A DNA stretch of 64,000 bases from Candidatus Dormiibacterota bacterium. GTDB taxonomy: Bacteria > Chloroflexota > Dormibacteria > Aeolococcales > Aeolococcaceae. Below are positions 51,970 through 63,260 of the stretch, piece by piece. Every line of letters begins with the position of its first letter. The first letter of the stretch is position 1. A program made the translations under genes and the position numbers. Location of the stretch: contig CAVPXI010000007.1 in NCBI GenBank assembly GCA_963709585.1, forward strand, positions 96,001 through 160,000, written 5' to 3'. The notes beneath the pieces are model-generated. The model was not told the DNA's origin, did no database searches, and saw only the letters and a program-made list of their open reading frames with translations.

Positions 51970-52794
51970 GCGTGATCGCCGCACCGCTGCACACCAGGAG
52001 TCGACCCGGGGCCGGACAGATGGCGCGCTGGGCGATCAGCGACGCGCTGGTCATGACGCGGCGCAATCTCCTGGTGTGGCTGCGCGTTCCCGCCTACATC
52101 GTCTTCACCGTGGTGCAGCCGATCATCTTCGTGCTGCTCTTCCGGTACGTGTTCGGTGGCGCAATACAGGCACCGGGGTCGGGCGGATACGTCGATTACC
52201 TGATGCCCGGCATCATCGCGCAGACTGCGGCCTTCGCAACGTTTGCCACCGCGATCGCGCTGGCGCAGGAGGCGACCAAGGGAGTCATCGATCGCTTCCG
52301 CGCGATGCCGATGGCGCGCTCCGCGGTGCTCGCCGGGAGGCTGCTCGCCAACTCCATTCGGATGCTGATCGTCATCCTGGTGATCATCGGCGTCGGCTAT
52401 GCGGTGGGCTTCCGATTTCAGAACGGCGTGGTCGGCGCCGTCGGCATGGTCGCGCTCGCCGAGGCATTCGGCATCGCCGTGTGCGCGGTCTCCGCGTTCG
52501 TCGGTCTGGCGATCAAGGACGAGGAGTCGGTGCAGGCCTTTGGTCTGATCTGGATCTTTCCGCTCACGTTCGTGAGCTCCGCGTTCGTGCCGATCGCGAC
52601 CATGCCCGGCTGGCTCCAGGTGTTTGCCAACAACCAGCCGGTGACCCTGGTGATCAACGCGATGCGTTCGATGGCGCTGGGCGGTCCGCAGTTCCCGCTC
52701 AATCCTGCTCTCTGGGAGAGCGTCCTGTGGCTTGCCAGGCACGCTCATCGTCTTCATCCCGCTTGCGGTGCGGAGCTACCGGAGGGTCGGCTAG
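51966..52794 (+). CDS. ABC-2 permease, DrrB-like; frameshift near 52740
   Basis: QPIIFVLLFRYVFGGAI, IDRFRAMP, SSAFVP...MPGWLQ. Confidence 0.9.
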
Positions 52795-52803
52795 ACGACA
52801 GGC

Positions 52804-55762
52804 CTACTGAAACCAGCCCTCGATATCAAGGATCGCGTTGACGTTCCCCGCACCGTTGTAGAGCCACACGTCACCGATCGCCGAGTCGCTGGTGTCGAGC
52901 TGCACCACGACGAGATTGGCGAGCACCGCACCCGCAGCGGCGTTGATGTCGGAGGCGAGTGGCAAGCTCAGGTTTGCCGGGTACAGCGTCAGAAACGTCG
53001 CCTGATCCGGCAGCACCGCGGTGAGGTTGCCGACGACCGCCTGGATCACCGGGCTTCCGGACGGGATCCCGTACACGCCGGCCACCGTGACCAGCTCAGA
53101 CGCGCCCGGTCCGAGCTCGGGTCCGGAACAGCGCACGCCGGACGTGAGCCGCGTGTCGCAGACCCTGGTTGGACCGATCGCCTGATACTGGTAGCCGGTC
53201 GCGGCGGTGGCACTTCCGTACCAGCCGTTCGCGTCCACATAGATGTCGATGGCTCCTGCCGCGCTGTAGACACACACCGAGGTGTCGGCGCCTCCCGGCG
53301 CCGCGGGACCCAATGCCACCATCACCCGATTCGCCACCACCACACCGGCAGCGAGGTTGAGCGTTGAGAACGGGGGAGCATGCGATCCGCTGTACGCGCA
53401 CGTTCCGCTCAACGTCGTCGGGAAAACGCTGAGGTAGGTCGGCGCGGATCCGGCAATGCCCGCGATGTTGAGCACCGCCACCGCGGCGTGCGCTCCGGGG
53501 ATCGCATCGCTGCCTGTCCCGGTCACGTTGACGATGAGCGGCCGGCCACTCAACAACTCGCCGTGCGCCCGGCACGGGCTCGCGGTCGCGGTGCTCCGGG
53601 TGTCACACACGCGGACCGGGGCGATCGGATGAAACTCGCCGGTCGGGTCCCCCGAGGAGTCGGGTACGAAATATCCTTCCACGTCCGCGACGACGTCCAC
53701 GGTCCCCAGTGCGTTGTAGATGTTGATCTCGCGATTCGCATCAGACGGACCGCTCTGCCCGAGGGTCACGGTGACTAGGTTGGCGGTTGCGCTGTGCGCG
53801 GGAAAGTTGATGTTGGACGCCCGCGGGCGGCCGGTTCCGGTCGGGTACACCGTTAACAGGCTGAACGTGCTGTCGTTGACGGCGGTCACGTTGACCACCA
53901 CAGCAGTGGCGGTTGCCGGTATCGGATCACTCGGCAGGCCGCTGACCCCGGTCATCTGCAGCGTGCGGGTCACACCCGGACCGAGCGCTCCGGGGCCGCA
54001 CTGGATGCAGCCGCCGGAGCGCGTGTCCAGAATACGGAATGGGATCACCGGGACGTATCCGGCGAGGTTCGCATAGATGTATCCCGAGCCCGCGGTCAGG
54101 GCGCTGGTCCCCAGAGAATCAGCCACCTGCAGCTGGACGTAGCCGGCAGTGCCCGCCGGGGTCGTGAACGTGAACGAGTTCGCCGTCACGCTGGCCGGCG
54201 TCACCGCCAGGCCACCGATTGTTGCGGTCAGCCCTGGCTGGAACCCGGAACCGACGACCGTAACGCTCTGGCCGCCAGTCGTCGGGCCGGCGGCAGGAGA
54301 GAGTGCGCTGATGTTCGGGCCATCGGGCACTGCATCGACCTGAGTGCCACCCTCGACGTAGATCATCCCGTTGGAGGCTGACGGGGACGTGAAGTGGTTG
54401 CTGCCGCTGATCCCATAGCTCATCAGCACGCTGCCGTTGGTCGCGTCGTACTGGTACAGCGTGCCCCCGTCGCTGCTGACCGACCAGACTCCTCCGCCGA
54501 CGACGATCGGCGGTTTGCTGGATGCCTGGCTGGTGTTGTGCCATCCCAGCGAGAAGTCGCTGTTGGACGGGGGGATCTGCACCGCCTGCAACCCGTCGCT
54601 GCATCCGACGAACACGGTCTCGATCCCGCCGACCATGCTGTACGCGAGGCTCCCGAAGGCGGCATCACTCGTCGCGGAACAGACCTGATGGGAGGCGATG
54701 CCACCGCTGACGTGCCCGAGGGCGGTGCTGTCGAGCAGGTAGCCCATGCCGCTCTTGCCAACTTCAAACACGCGGTTCCCCGGCAGCTGCAAGGGTGTCG
54801 TCGAACCGAGATCGGCGTCGCTCGCGTTGTCCTGCCACCACGTCGGGCCGCCGCCATGGTTGGCATCGGTGACCCCGCTCGGGGCGAAGTAGTCCTGGAG
54901 TGCCAGGGTGCCGGCGGCGAGCTTGATCGACTCCATCGCTCTGGTCGTAAGGGTCGGCGCTGCTGGTTTGGTTGCTGTTGCCGGTGGCGACGAACACGTT
55001 CCCGGCGGCGTCCACCGAGGCTCCGCCGGCCGCCCAGGCGCCCGCCTCCATGTCGGTCGCGGTGCGCGAGGCGGCCGCCCACCACTGAACCGTACCGGCA
55101 CCGGTCTCCGGATACCGGATCACATAGCCGCGGTAGCCGTCGGTGCTGTTCCCGGGGTTCGTGCAGTCGCCGGCAAGGCCGCCGAGGGTGACATACGCGG
55201 CGCCAGCTGCGATCGTCAACGCACCGCGCTGCTGCTGATAGTTGGCGTCGAAGTTGATGCCACCCCTGTTGCCGGGGTTGATGTTCACGTCCCGGGTGAT
55301 CGTACCGGTCGACAGCGACAGCGTCACAAGATCGAATTCGAACGTGGTCGGTGTGTGCTCGACCTCAGCAACCACGAAGACATTCCCCGCATCGATCACC
55401 GGGGTCCCCGTGATCCCGAGCGGGTTGATGTTGCCGCACGGGAAGTTGTCCGTTCGGGGTGTGCCGACGTGGGTGCTCCACACCGTGACTCCGGTCGTCG
55501 CGTTGAGCGCGTAGACGGTGTCGTTCTCCGTTGCGACAACGAGCTGATTGCCGACGATGACCGGCTGCCCGTAGACCTGCCCATCCAGCGAGACCGACGT
55601 CCACGGAGCGCTCCCGCTCACCGCCTGGTCGGTGCTGTCGTTGCCCTGGCGCGTGTTGTCGCCGTGGTATGTCGGCCAGTCGGCGGACGCCTGCGTGTAC
55701 GCGAGCAGCGGCGCCAGGACCGCCATGGTGATGATCAGCCGGCGCACCTTGAGCATTGTCAT
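52804..55762 (-). CDS. Secreted protein: PQQ-type beta-propeller, IPT/TIG domain and three C-terminal repeats; frameshift near 54930
   Basis: Signal peptide then DWPTYHGD; YALNATTG..VW; SPAAGPTTGG..VTV.GSGF; three P.R..DTR...D..G[YW][FY] units. Confidence 0.83.
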
Positions 55763-55855
55763 GCCTGTCCGGTCATTCCGATGACATTCTGGTCACGGCG
55801 TTCGGCTCCGTGCCGTACCCTCTGAGCCCTGAACAGTCCTGGATGGCCCGATACC

Positions 55856-57593
55856 TCCGAGCTCCGCATCGGTCTCGGCTGCATGCGCCTCTCGACGGAC
55901 GGCGATCGTGACGACGCGGTCGCGCATGAAGCAATCGCCGCCGCCGCCGATGCCGGAATCACGATCTTCGACACCGCGCACGCGTACGGAGCCGGCGAAG
56001 CGACATTGGGGGACAACGAGCGGCTCGTCGCCCGAGCGCTGCGCCGCTGCGGTGCGGATCGGCGCGCGCGCATCATCACCAAGGGCGGCATGACCCGGAC
56101 TGCGGGCGGCTGGGTGCCGGACGGTCGCGCGAAGGCGATTCTCGGCGATTGCGAGGCGAAGTCTCGCCGCCCTCGACGGCCTGGTCATCGATCTCTACCT
56201 CATCCACGCCCCGGACCCGCGAACACCCTGGCAGACATCGATACGTGCCCTCGCCCGGTTGCTGCACGACGGCTCGGTCCGGCGCGTCGGGCTGTCGAAT
56301 GTTAACCGGCGTCAACTCGAAGCGGCGGTCGATCTGGTCGAGATCGCCGCCATCGAGGTGTCATTGAGCCCGCTCGACGACGGCGCCGTGCGGGCCGGTC
56401 TCCTCGACTTCTGCGAAGAACGCGGAATCGCGGTGATCGCCCACTCCCCGCTCGGCGGCCCCCGCCGGGCGCGCTCCCTCGCTCGCCGACAGGAGTTGGT
56501 GGACGTCGCGCGGGCTCGTGGTACGACCGCCCAGGAGGTGGCGCTCGCATGGGTGCTCGCACTCTCACCAGTGGTGGTCGCCATCCCCGGAGCGCGACGC
56601 CCGGAAACGGCGCGTTCAGCCGCCCGGGCAGCGACGCTCCGCCTCGGGGCGGGCGACCGAGCACGCATTGCCACCGGCTTCGCGTGGCACCAGTCGAGGC
56701 CGGGCGATCGCTCCCCAGCGCGCGTCGAGGAGGCGGAGGTTGTTGTGGTGATGGGCGTCCCCGGCGCCGGGAAGAGCCGCCAGGCCGAGGACTACGTGGC
56801 CCGGGGTTACGTTCGCCTCAACCGCGACGAGCGCGGAGGGTCGCTCCGCCAACTCAGCCGCACGCTCGGCGACGCGCTCTCGTCGGGGGCTCGCCGGGTC
56901 GTTCTCGACAACACATACCTCACTCGCGAAGCGCGGAGTCACGTGATAGAGACAGCGGCTCGGAATCGTGCCGGGGTTCGGTGCGTCTGGGTAGACACAC
57001 CGCTCGCTCAGGCGCAGCGCAATCTCGTCGAGCGCCTCCTCGATCGGTTCGGGTCGCTTCCCGACCCGGGCGAATTGCGCCGGCTGGCACGCCGCGATCC
57101 GGGAATCCTGACGCCGACCAGACAGATGCGCGCCGTGCGCGAGCTCGAACCCCCGTCGATTGACGAGGGATTCGTTGCGATCGAGCGGATATCGTTCGCT
57201 CGCGCGCCGAGGCCGTCAACGCGGAGCGACGCGCTCGGAGGGGCCTTCGTCGCGGCCGCAGCGCTCAACCGTCCTAACTGGGAAGACGCGATCGCTCGGG
57301 GCTCCCCGGCCAGGCCTCACCTGCTCTTCGACTGGAGACCCGAGGCGACCGTCGACGTCCTCGACGCGGATATCGCGCGACTGTCCGCCGAGGTCAGCGG
57401 CCCGGTCAGCTGCGCGCTGTGCCCGCACGCGGCGGGACCGCCGGTGTGCTGGTGCCGGCCACCGCTCCCCGGACTCATCCTGGCGTTTGCGCGGACGCAC
57501 GATATCGATCCCTCGGCTTCGATATTGATCGGCGCGGGGCCGGCGCACCGCACCCTCGCCACGACGCTCAGCGCTGACTACATCGGCGTCTGA
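55856..57593 (+). CDS. Aldo/keto reductase fused to P-loop kinase (AAA_33-like) and degenerate HAD domain; frameshift near 56160, start uncertain
   Basis: IGLGCMRL, FDTAHAYG, TKGG, YLIH; GVPGAGKS, VVLDNT; CPH...CWCRPPLPG. Confidence 0.82.
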
Positions 57594-57643
57594 AGCCGAC
57601 CGGGGCGCTGCGAGGCGCGTGGCCGAATTGCGAAAGTAGGCGG

Positions 57644-58384
57644 ATGTCGGAGCACTACGGCGCGCGCTTCTTCGGGGAGCGCGAGGCCGCCGTCTACGAC
57701 GAACACCTCGCGGAGATGTTCGACCCCGCCGTGATGACACCGGTGGTGGAGATGCTGGCGGACCTCGCCGCCGGAGGCGCGGTGCTCGAGATGGGGATCG
57801 GCACCGGCCGGATCGCGCTCCCACTCGCTGCGCGCGGCGTCGGGGTCCGCGGGATCGACGCTTCGGCGGCGATGGTCGCTCGGCTGCGCGCCAAGCCAGG
57901 TGGTGACACGATCGACGTCACGATCGGTGACTTTACGACGACCCGCGTCGACGGAGCGTTCGCGCTCGTGTACCTGATCTTCAACACCATCTTCAACCTC
58001 AAAACGCAGGATGAACAGGTCGCATGCTTCCAGAACGCCGCAGCCCATCTCGACAGCGGAGGTCACTTCCTTATCGAGCTCGGCGTGCCTGACCTGCAGC
58101 GGCTGCCACCCGGCCAGGACGTCTTCGTCTACCGCGTCGATGCACGCACGATGTCGTTTGACGTCTATGACGTCGTCACCCAGCGGCTGACGTCGAATCA
58201 CTTCGTCGTCGACGATGGCCGCGTCAGCTCCTACCCCGTCGAAGGACGCTACGCCTGGCCTTCGGAGCTCGATCTCATGGCACGCCTCGCGGGCTTGCGG
58301 CTTCGTGAGCGCTGGGCCGGCTGGAAGCGTGAACCGTTTACGAGCCTCAGTCGCTCACACGTGTCGGTCTACGAGAAGCCCTGA
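57644..58384 (+). CDS. Class I SAM-dependent methyltransferase
   Basis: VLEMGIGTGR, GIDAS, VYLIFNT. Confidence 0.92.
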   Translation: MSEHYGARFFGEREAAVYDEHLAEMFDPAVMTPVVEMLADLAAGGAVLEMGIGTGRIALPLAARGVGVRGIDASAAMVARLRAKPGGDTIDVTIGDFTTTRVDGAFALVYLIFNTIFNLKTQDEQVACFQNAAAHLDSGGHFLIELGVPDLQRLPPGQDVFVYRVDARTMSFDVYDVVTQRLTSNHFVVDDGRVSSYPVEGRYAWPSELDLMARLAGLRLRERWAGWKREPFTSLSRSHVSVYEKP

Positions 58385-58412
58385 CACCGCAGCGCCTGCT
58401 TGACGCCCAGCG

Positions 58413-58709
58413 TTAGGGGTGCGACGGAGCCGGAGGCGCATCCTCGATTTCGAACAGGAGGTCATCCGGGTAGCAGTAGTACCAGTCCTCATGCGGCTCG
58501 TACGACCGGATGATCGGGTGGCCGACCGCCTTGAAGTGCCCGGTGGCATGTTTCCCGGGTGAGTTGTCGCAGCAGCCAACGTGTCCGCATTCCTGGCAGA
58601 CGCGCAGGTGCACCCAATCGTGGCGACCGGCGGCGACGCACTCGACGCAACCGGCTCCCGAAGGCGTCACGTCGTGGATCTGGTCGAGATGCTGGCAGAC
58701 GTCGCTCAT
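58413..58709 (-). CDS. Stand-alone UBP-type zinc finger protein
   Basis: CQH...CVEC...WVHLRVCQECGHVGCCDNSP.KHA..H, WYYCY. Confidence 0.92.
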   Translation of the reverse strand: MSDVCQHLDQIHDVTPSGAGCVECVAAGRHDWVHLRVCQECGHVGCCDNSPGKHATGHFKAVGHPIIRSYEPHEDWYYCYPDDLLFEIEDAPPAPSHP

Positions 58710-59647
58710 GTGGAACTCCTTGCAGCGGGGGCAGCGGACCGAGGGGCGGGCTGCTCGAACGTGGTCAAGTCCGTATTCCATCCCATCAGCGCCGCCGCGC
58801 CGTCATAAGAGGTGGCGAGAAAGTCACGAATGGCACGGCGTGGATCGGGGGATGCAAGCGCCGCGTCGTACGGGAAGAGAAACTCTCCCGCATCCGAGCT
58901 CCAGGCCGCCTCGGGTGGCCGGACCTGCACCGAGTCGATGCCGGGTGGCGCCGGGAATGCGTAGGAGAAGAACGCGGGGGAGGCCAGGCGATGATCACCG
59001 GGCCACCATCCCGCGCAGATCAATTCCGCGTCCGTACCGAAATGCATGATGGGGTTGGGAACCTTGAGCGGTTCGACCAACCTCCCCGAGTATCGGGTGA
59101 GGGCGAGGTCGAAGGTTCCCCAGAAGAAGTGCACCGGCGACGTACGCCCGCGAAACTGCGCGCGGTGTTCCTTCATGACCAGGTCGACGATAGAGAGCGT
59201 GCGATGAAAGCGCTCTACCTGCGCCGGGTCGTAGGTGGCATGGGTGCGATCCTCGGGAAAGGGAATGGGGTCCGGTACCTCGGACGGCAGCACTGAGATG
59301 CTGACGTCGATCTGCATGCGCCGAAGCGCGTCCATGACGTCGCCGTAGAAATCGGCGACCGCTCCGCCCAGCGGGCGTCGCTCCACCCGTCCGTCATCGG
59401 TGCGGAGCGCGAGCGCATGGTCGTGGAGGTCCAGTTCGGCGTCGAACGAGCGCAGGCCGATCGGCACCGGCGACGTGGTCAGCCCGCGTGCGGTGACGTA
59501 CAGGGGCACGTTCGCCCATCCCGGCTCGAACGGGCTGAGCGCAAGACGAAGCTTTCCGATCACCTGCGTGTACATGTGCAGCGTGTCCCGAGTGGCCCGC
59601 CACTCGGCATACGGCAGAGCCGGCCACTCCCCGGCAGCGTCGCCCAT
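58706..59647 (-). CDS. DUF5996-like protein
   Basis: WPAL...W..T..TLHM.TQ..GK, SPVHFFWGTFDLA, GWWPG, AFFSY. Confidence 0.85.
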   Translation of the reverse strand: MGDAAGEWPALPYAEWRATRDTLHMYTQVIGKLRLALSPFEPGWANVPLYVTARGLTTSPVPIGLRSFDAELDLHDHALALRTDDGRVERRPLGGAVADFYGDVMDALRRMQIDVSISVLPSEVPDPIPFPEDRTHATYDPAQVERFHRTLSIVDLVMKEHRAQFRGRTSPVHFFWGTFDLALTRYSGRLVEPLKVPNPIMHFGTDAELICAGWWPGDHRLASPAFFSYAFPAPPGIDSVQVRPPEAAWSSDAGEFLFPYDAALASPDPRRAIRDFLATSYDGAAALMGWNTDLTTFEQPAPRSAAPAARSST

Positions 59648-59734
59648 CTCTCCATGATGATGCTCACGGGCCTGAGCGCGGCGGCGTGGCTCCGGTTGTC
59701 CCCCCGATCCAGGGGAGGCTACTGTGGCGGCGGC

Positions 59735-61347
59735 GTGAGCGACGCTCCCCCGACCACCGACCTCGAGGCTCGTGGCTCCACCTGGTCGCCGCTGCGCATC
59801 GGAGTGTTTCGAGCCCTCTGGCTGGCGGTGCTGGTCAGCAACATCGGGTTGTGGATGCAGACCGTGGGTGCTCAGTGGCTGCTGGTGGAGCAGCCGCACG
59901 CCTCGATCCTCGTGGCGCTCGTGCAGACGGCGGACATGCTCCCCGACGTCATCTTTGGCGTGGTGGGCGGGGCGCTCGCCGACATGTTCGACCGCCGGCG
60001 GCTTCTCATCGCGGTGCAGGCCTTCATGGCCGTCACCGGCGTCGCGCTCACGGTGTTGACCTTCACCGGTCAGATGCCGCCGGCGTTGCTGCTGACGTTC
60101 ACCTTCGTCCTCGGGTCGGGATCGGTGATCTCCCTGCCGGCGTATCAGTCACTCATCCCGGACCTCGTCCCGCGCGCGCAGGTTGCCGCTGCGTCGACCC
60201 TTGGGTCGATCAGCGTCAACGTGGCTCGCGCGATCGGACCCGCGATCGCGGGCGTGCTCATCGCTCGAATCGGGGTCGGAGCGGTCTTCGCGATCAACGC
60301 CGCGACCTTTCTCGCGTACGGCATCGTCGTCGCCGCCTGGCATCCGCCGGTCGAGCCGTCGACGCAGCTTCCCGAGCGATTCGTCTCAGCGCTCCGCGCG
60401 GGTGGCCGCTACGTCCGCTATTCGCCGGTCATGCGGCGGATGCTCTTGCGCGCCTCGCTGTTCCTGGTGCCCGGCAGTGCGTTGTGGGCGCTCCTCCCCC
60501 TGGTCGCGACGCAGCGCCTGCAGTTGGGCGCGAGCGGCTATGGGCTCCTTCTCGCGGCCCTCGGTGTCGGCGCAGTCGCGGGGTCATTCCTTCTGACCCA
60601 ACTCCGTACCAGGCTGAGCGCCGATCGCCTGCTTGTCGGCGCCAGCTTGGTGTACGCGCTGGTGATGGCCGCGATCGTGCTGATCCCCAACGTCATCGTG
60701 GCGGTGGTGGCGCTGCTTCCGGCGGGTCTGGCGTGGATCGCGGTGCTGTCGACGATGAACGCCTCGCTGCAGCTCTTCCTCCCGGGAATGGGTGCGCGCC
60801 CGAGGTCTCTCCGTCTACCTGACCGTGCTGTTCGGCAGCCAGGCGGTGGGCGCGGTCCTCTGGGGGGTCGTCGCAGCGCCGAAGGGCGTGCTTCCCGCGT
60901 ATCTCATCGCCGCGGCGATGATGGTCGGCGGTGCCGCGACCGTCAGGATCTGGCCGCTGATCGACACCGCCGGCATGGATCGGCGAACCGTCGCACTGTC
61001 CGCGCCACAGCTGACGGTCGAGGCCGCACCCGACCAGGGCCCGGTGGTTGTCAGCATCACCTACACGGTGTCGCCGGAACGCGAGGCCGCCTTCGTGGAG
61101 GCGATGGTTCGCGTGCGCCTCTCGAGGCTGCGTACCGGCGCCAGCCAGTGGGGTCTCTTCCGCGACGGTGAGACGGCACACGAGTTCGTCGAACTGTTCG
61201 TCGTCGACTCATGGGATGAGCACCTGCGTCAGCACACCGATCGAACTCACCGGGACCGATGCCGAGTACCTGGACTCCGCGAACTCGTTGTCGGACCCGC
61301 CGCCGCGCACCACGCACCTGATCGCCGCGGAACCTCGAGGCGATTGA
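59735..61347 (+). CDS. MFS transporter (MFS_3 type) with C-terminal soluble domain; frameshifts near 60790 and 61240
   Basis: FRALW...SNIGLWMQ, GALADMFDRRR, SW.EHLRQH. Confidence 0.88.
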
Positions 61348-61401
61348 GGAAGAACCGGCAGATCCACGCTCGGGCGCCGCACACATCGCGCGGGCTGCGG
61401 C

Positions 61402-61696
61402 TCAGCTGGTGGAGGCCGCGTCCTGCATCTCGATCCAGGCGAGGCCGCGCAAACCAAGGCGGAAACGTCCTCCCGCATGCACCACCACCATCAGGACGCT
61501 CTCACAGACTTGGCATCGGAGCACCGCGCCCGGCGAGCGCGGCGTCATATACAGGTGTTGCGCGCCCATCTCGCCCACGGCGCCACACGTCGCGCATGCA
61601 CCGCGCGCCACGGTGAGCTCGTGAACGAAGACTTCCTGCAACAGCCCCGCCGCGGCGTTGCCGTCGAGTTCTCAGCTGTCTTTCGTCCATCTCCAT
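61402..61696 (-). CDS. DUF6510-like CxxC/CxxC small protein; frameshift near 61672
   Basis: LDGNAAAGLL, CATC...PGAVLRCQVC. Confidence 0.8.
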
Positions 61697-61697
61697 G

Positions 61698-62453
61698 TCA
61701 CCCTCCGGTTGGGCCAAATCGCTCGGTCTTGATTCGAGTGGGCTCGTGGCCGAGCTGCACGAGCGACTCTGCGACCAACTCGACGAGTGGCGTCGGGCCG
61801 CAGACGAAGATCAACGGTCGCTCAGCCGGTGGCCACGCCACCGTGGTGAGCATCTCGGTGTCGATGCGGCGGTGGAGACCGGCCCAACCCTCGGGCTGGT
61901 CGCGGGTGAGCGTGTGGATCACCGTCAACCCGGGGCCCATCGCCACGAGCCGGTCGAGCTCGTCTCGATAGATGACATCGTCGAACGATCGCGACGAGTA
62001 CAGAAGCCGGGTCGGGACCGCACTGCCGGCAGCCTGCCGGAGACGGAGCATGGCCATCAGGGGACAGATGCCTGACCCACCGGCGACAAGCAGGAGCGGA
62101 CCCCCCATGGCGACGTCCCAGACGAAATACCCCCCAATCGGACCGCGCAACTCCAGCCGGTCGCCCGGGCGCAGCTCCCCGGCGAGGTACGGCGACACCT
62201 CGCCATCGTCGAGACGCTCGACGGTCAGGGCCAGTCGCTCGGCGGCGCCCGGTGCCGAAGCGATCGAGTAGCTGCGCTCGGCCTGGTATCCGTCATCCGC
62301 AGTCAGCCGCACGTCCACATGCTGACCGGCCCGATGCCCCGGCCAGCCCGGGACCGCCAGCTCGAGGCTGCGCACCCGTGAAGTTTCTTCGACGAGGGCG
62401 ACAACCTTGGCGGTCCGCCAGATCAGTCGCCGCTGTAGCGCTGTTCCTGCCAC
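61698..62453 (-). CDS. Ferredoxin-NAD(P) reductase-like FAD/NAD-binding oxidoreductase
   Basis: AGQHVDVRL, RSYSIAS, GEVS, AGGSGI.P, VCGP, ERFG. Confidence 0.92.
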   Translation of the reverse strand: MAGTALQRRLIWRTAKVVALVEETSRVRSLELAVPGWPGHRAGQHVDVRLTADDGYQAERSYSIASAPGAAERLALTVERLDDGEVSPYLAGELRPGDRLELRGPIGGYFVWDVAMGGPLLLVAGGSGICPLMAMLRLRQAAGSAVPTRLLYSSRSFDDVIYRDELDRLVAMGPGLTVIHTLTRDQPEGWAGLHRRIDTEMLTTVAWPPAERPLIFVCGPTPLVELVAESLVQLGHEPTRIKTERFGPTGG

Positions 62454-63028
62454 GGATCGCCGTACATGTGATAGCCGTACGTCTCCCAGAAACCCGGCGA
62501 GTCCTCGTTCATCAGTCGCAGCCCGCGGACCCACTTGGCGCTCTTCCAGAAGTACAGGTGCGGCACCAGCAGCCGCGCCGGGCCGCCGTGCTGGCTCTCG
62601 AGCGGTTGTCCGTCGAATGCGAATGCGATCCAGGCCTTGCCGCCGGTGAGGTCCTCGAGCGGGAGGTTCGTCGTGTACCCGCCATCGCAAAGGGCCATCA
62701 CGTAGTCCGCCGCCGTCTCGATCCCTTCAAGCAGCGTATCGACCGAGACCCCCTCCCACGTGGTGTCGAGCTTGGACCACTTGGTCACGCAGTGGATGTC
62801 GCGCTTCACCGTCTCGCTCGGCAACGCACGCAATTCCTCCCAGGTCCAGTGCTTCTCCACGTCGACCTCGCCGTCGACGGAAAACGACCACTCGGCGAGC
62901 GATGTGTGCGGCGTGGGGCGGGCCGAGAGGACGGGAAAGTCGCGAACCAGGTACTGACCCGGCGGCAAACGCGCATCTCGAGACTGGTCGCGGGGCCGTC
63001 CCTTGAACGCCCGGCTCACGAACCCCAC
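62423..63028 (-). CDS. Sulfite oxidase-like molybdopterin oxidoreductase
   Basis: RLPPGQ, DIHCVTKWS, HGGPARL, YFWKSAKW, GFWE..GYH..GDPW. Confidence 0.92.
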   Translation of the reverse strand: MGFVSRAFKGRPRDQSRDARLPPGQYLVRDFPVLSARPTPHTSLAEWSFSVDGEVDVEKHWTWEELRALPSETVKRDIHCVTKWSKLDTTWEGVSVDTLLEGIETAADYVMALCDGGYTTNLPLEDLTGGKAWIAFAFDGQPLESQHGGPARLLVPHLYFWKSAKWVRGLRLMNEDSPGFWETYGYHMYGDPWQEQRYSGD

Positions 63029-63260
63029 GCGGCTACCTCCACACCGGCAATTGTGGACGGCGACCGATCGGGCCGCAAGGCGGATGTCGACCCGCTCCGG
63101 CGAGGGGCGGCCCACCCTCCGAAGGTTTAGCTCGGTCCCGATAGGGTATGGTGATGGCATCGCCTCGAACATCGAGGGGTATCGCTCGTGGTCGTCATTC
63201 CTTCTCGAACGGACGCGCTGCGTCTGTTTTGCATAACGAGAGGGAATTGGAGAGACCAGA

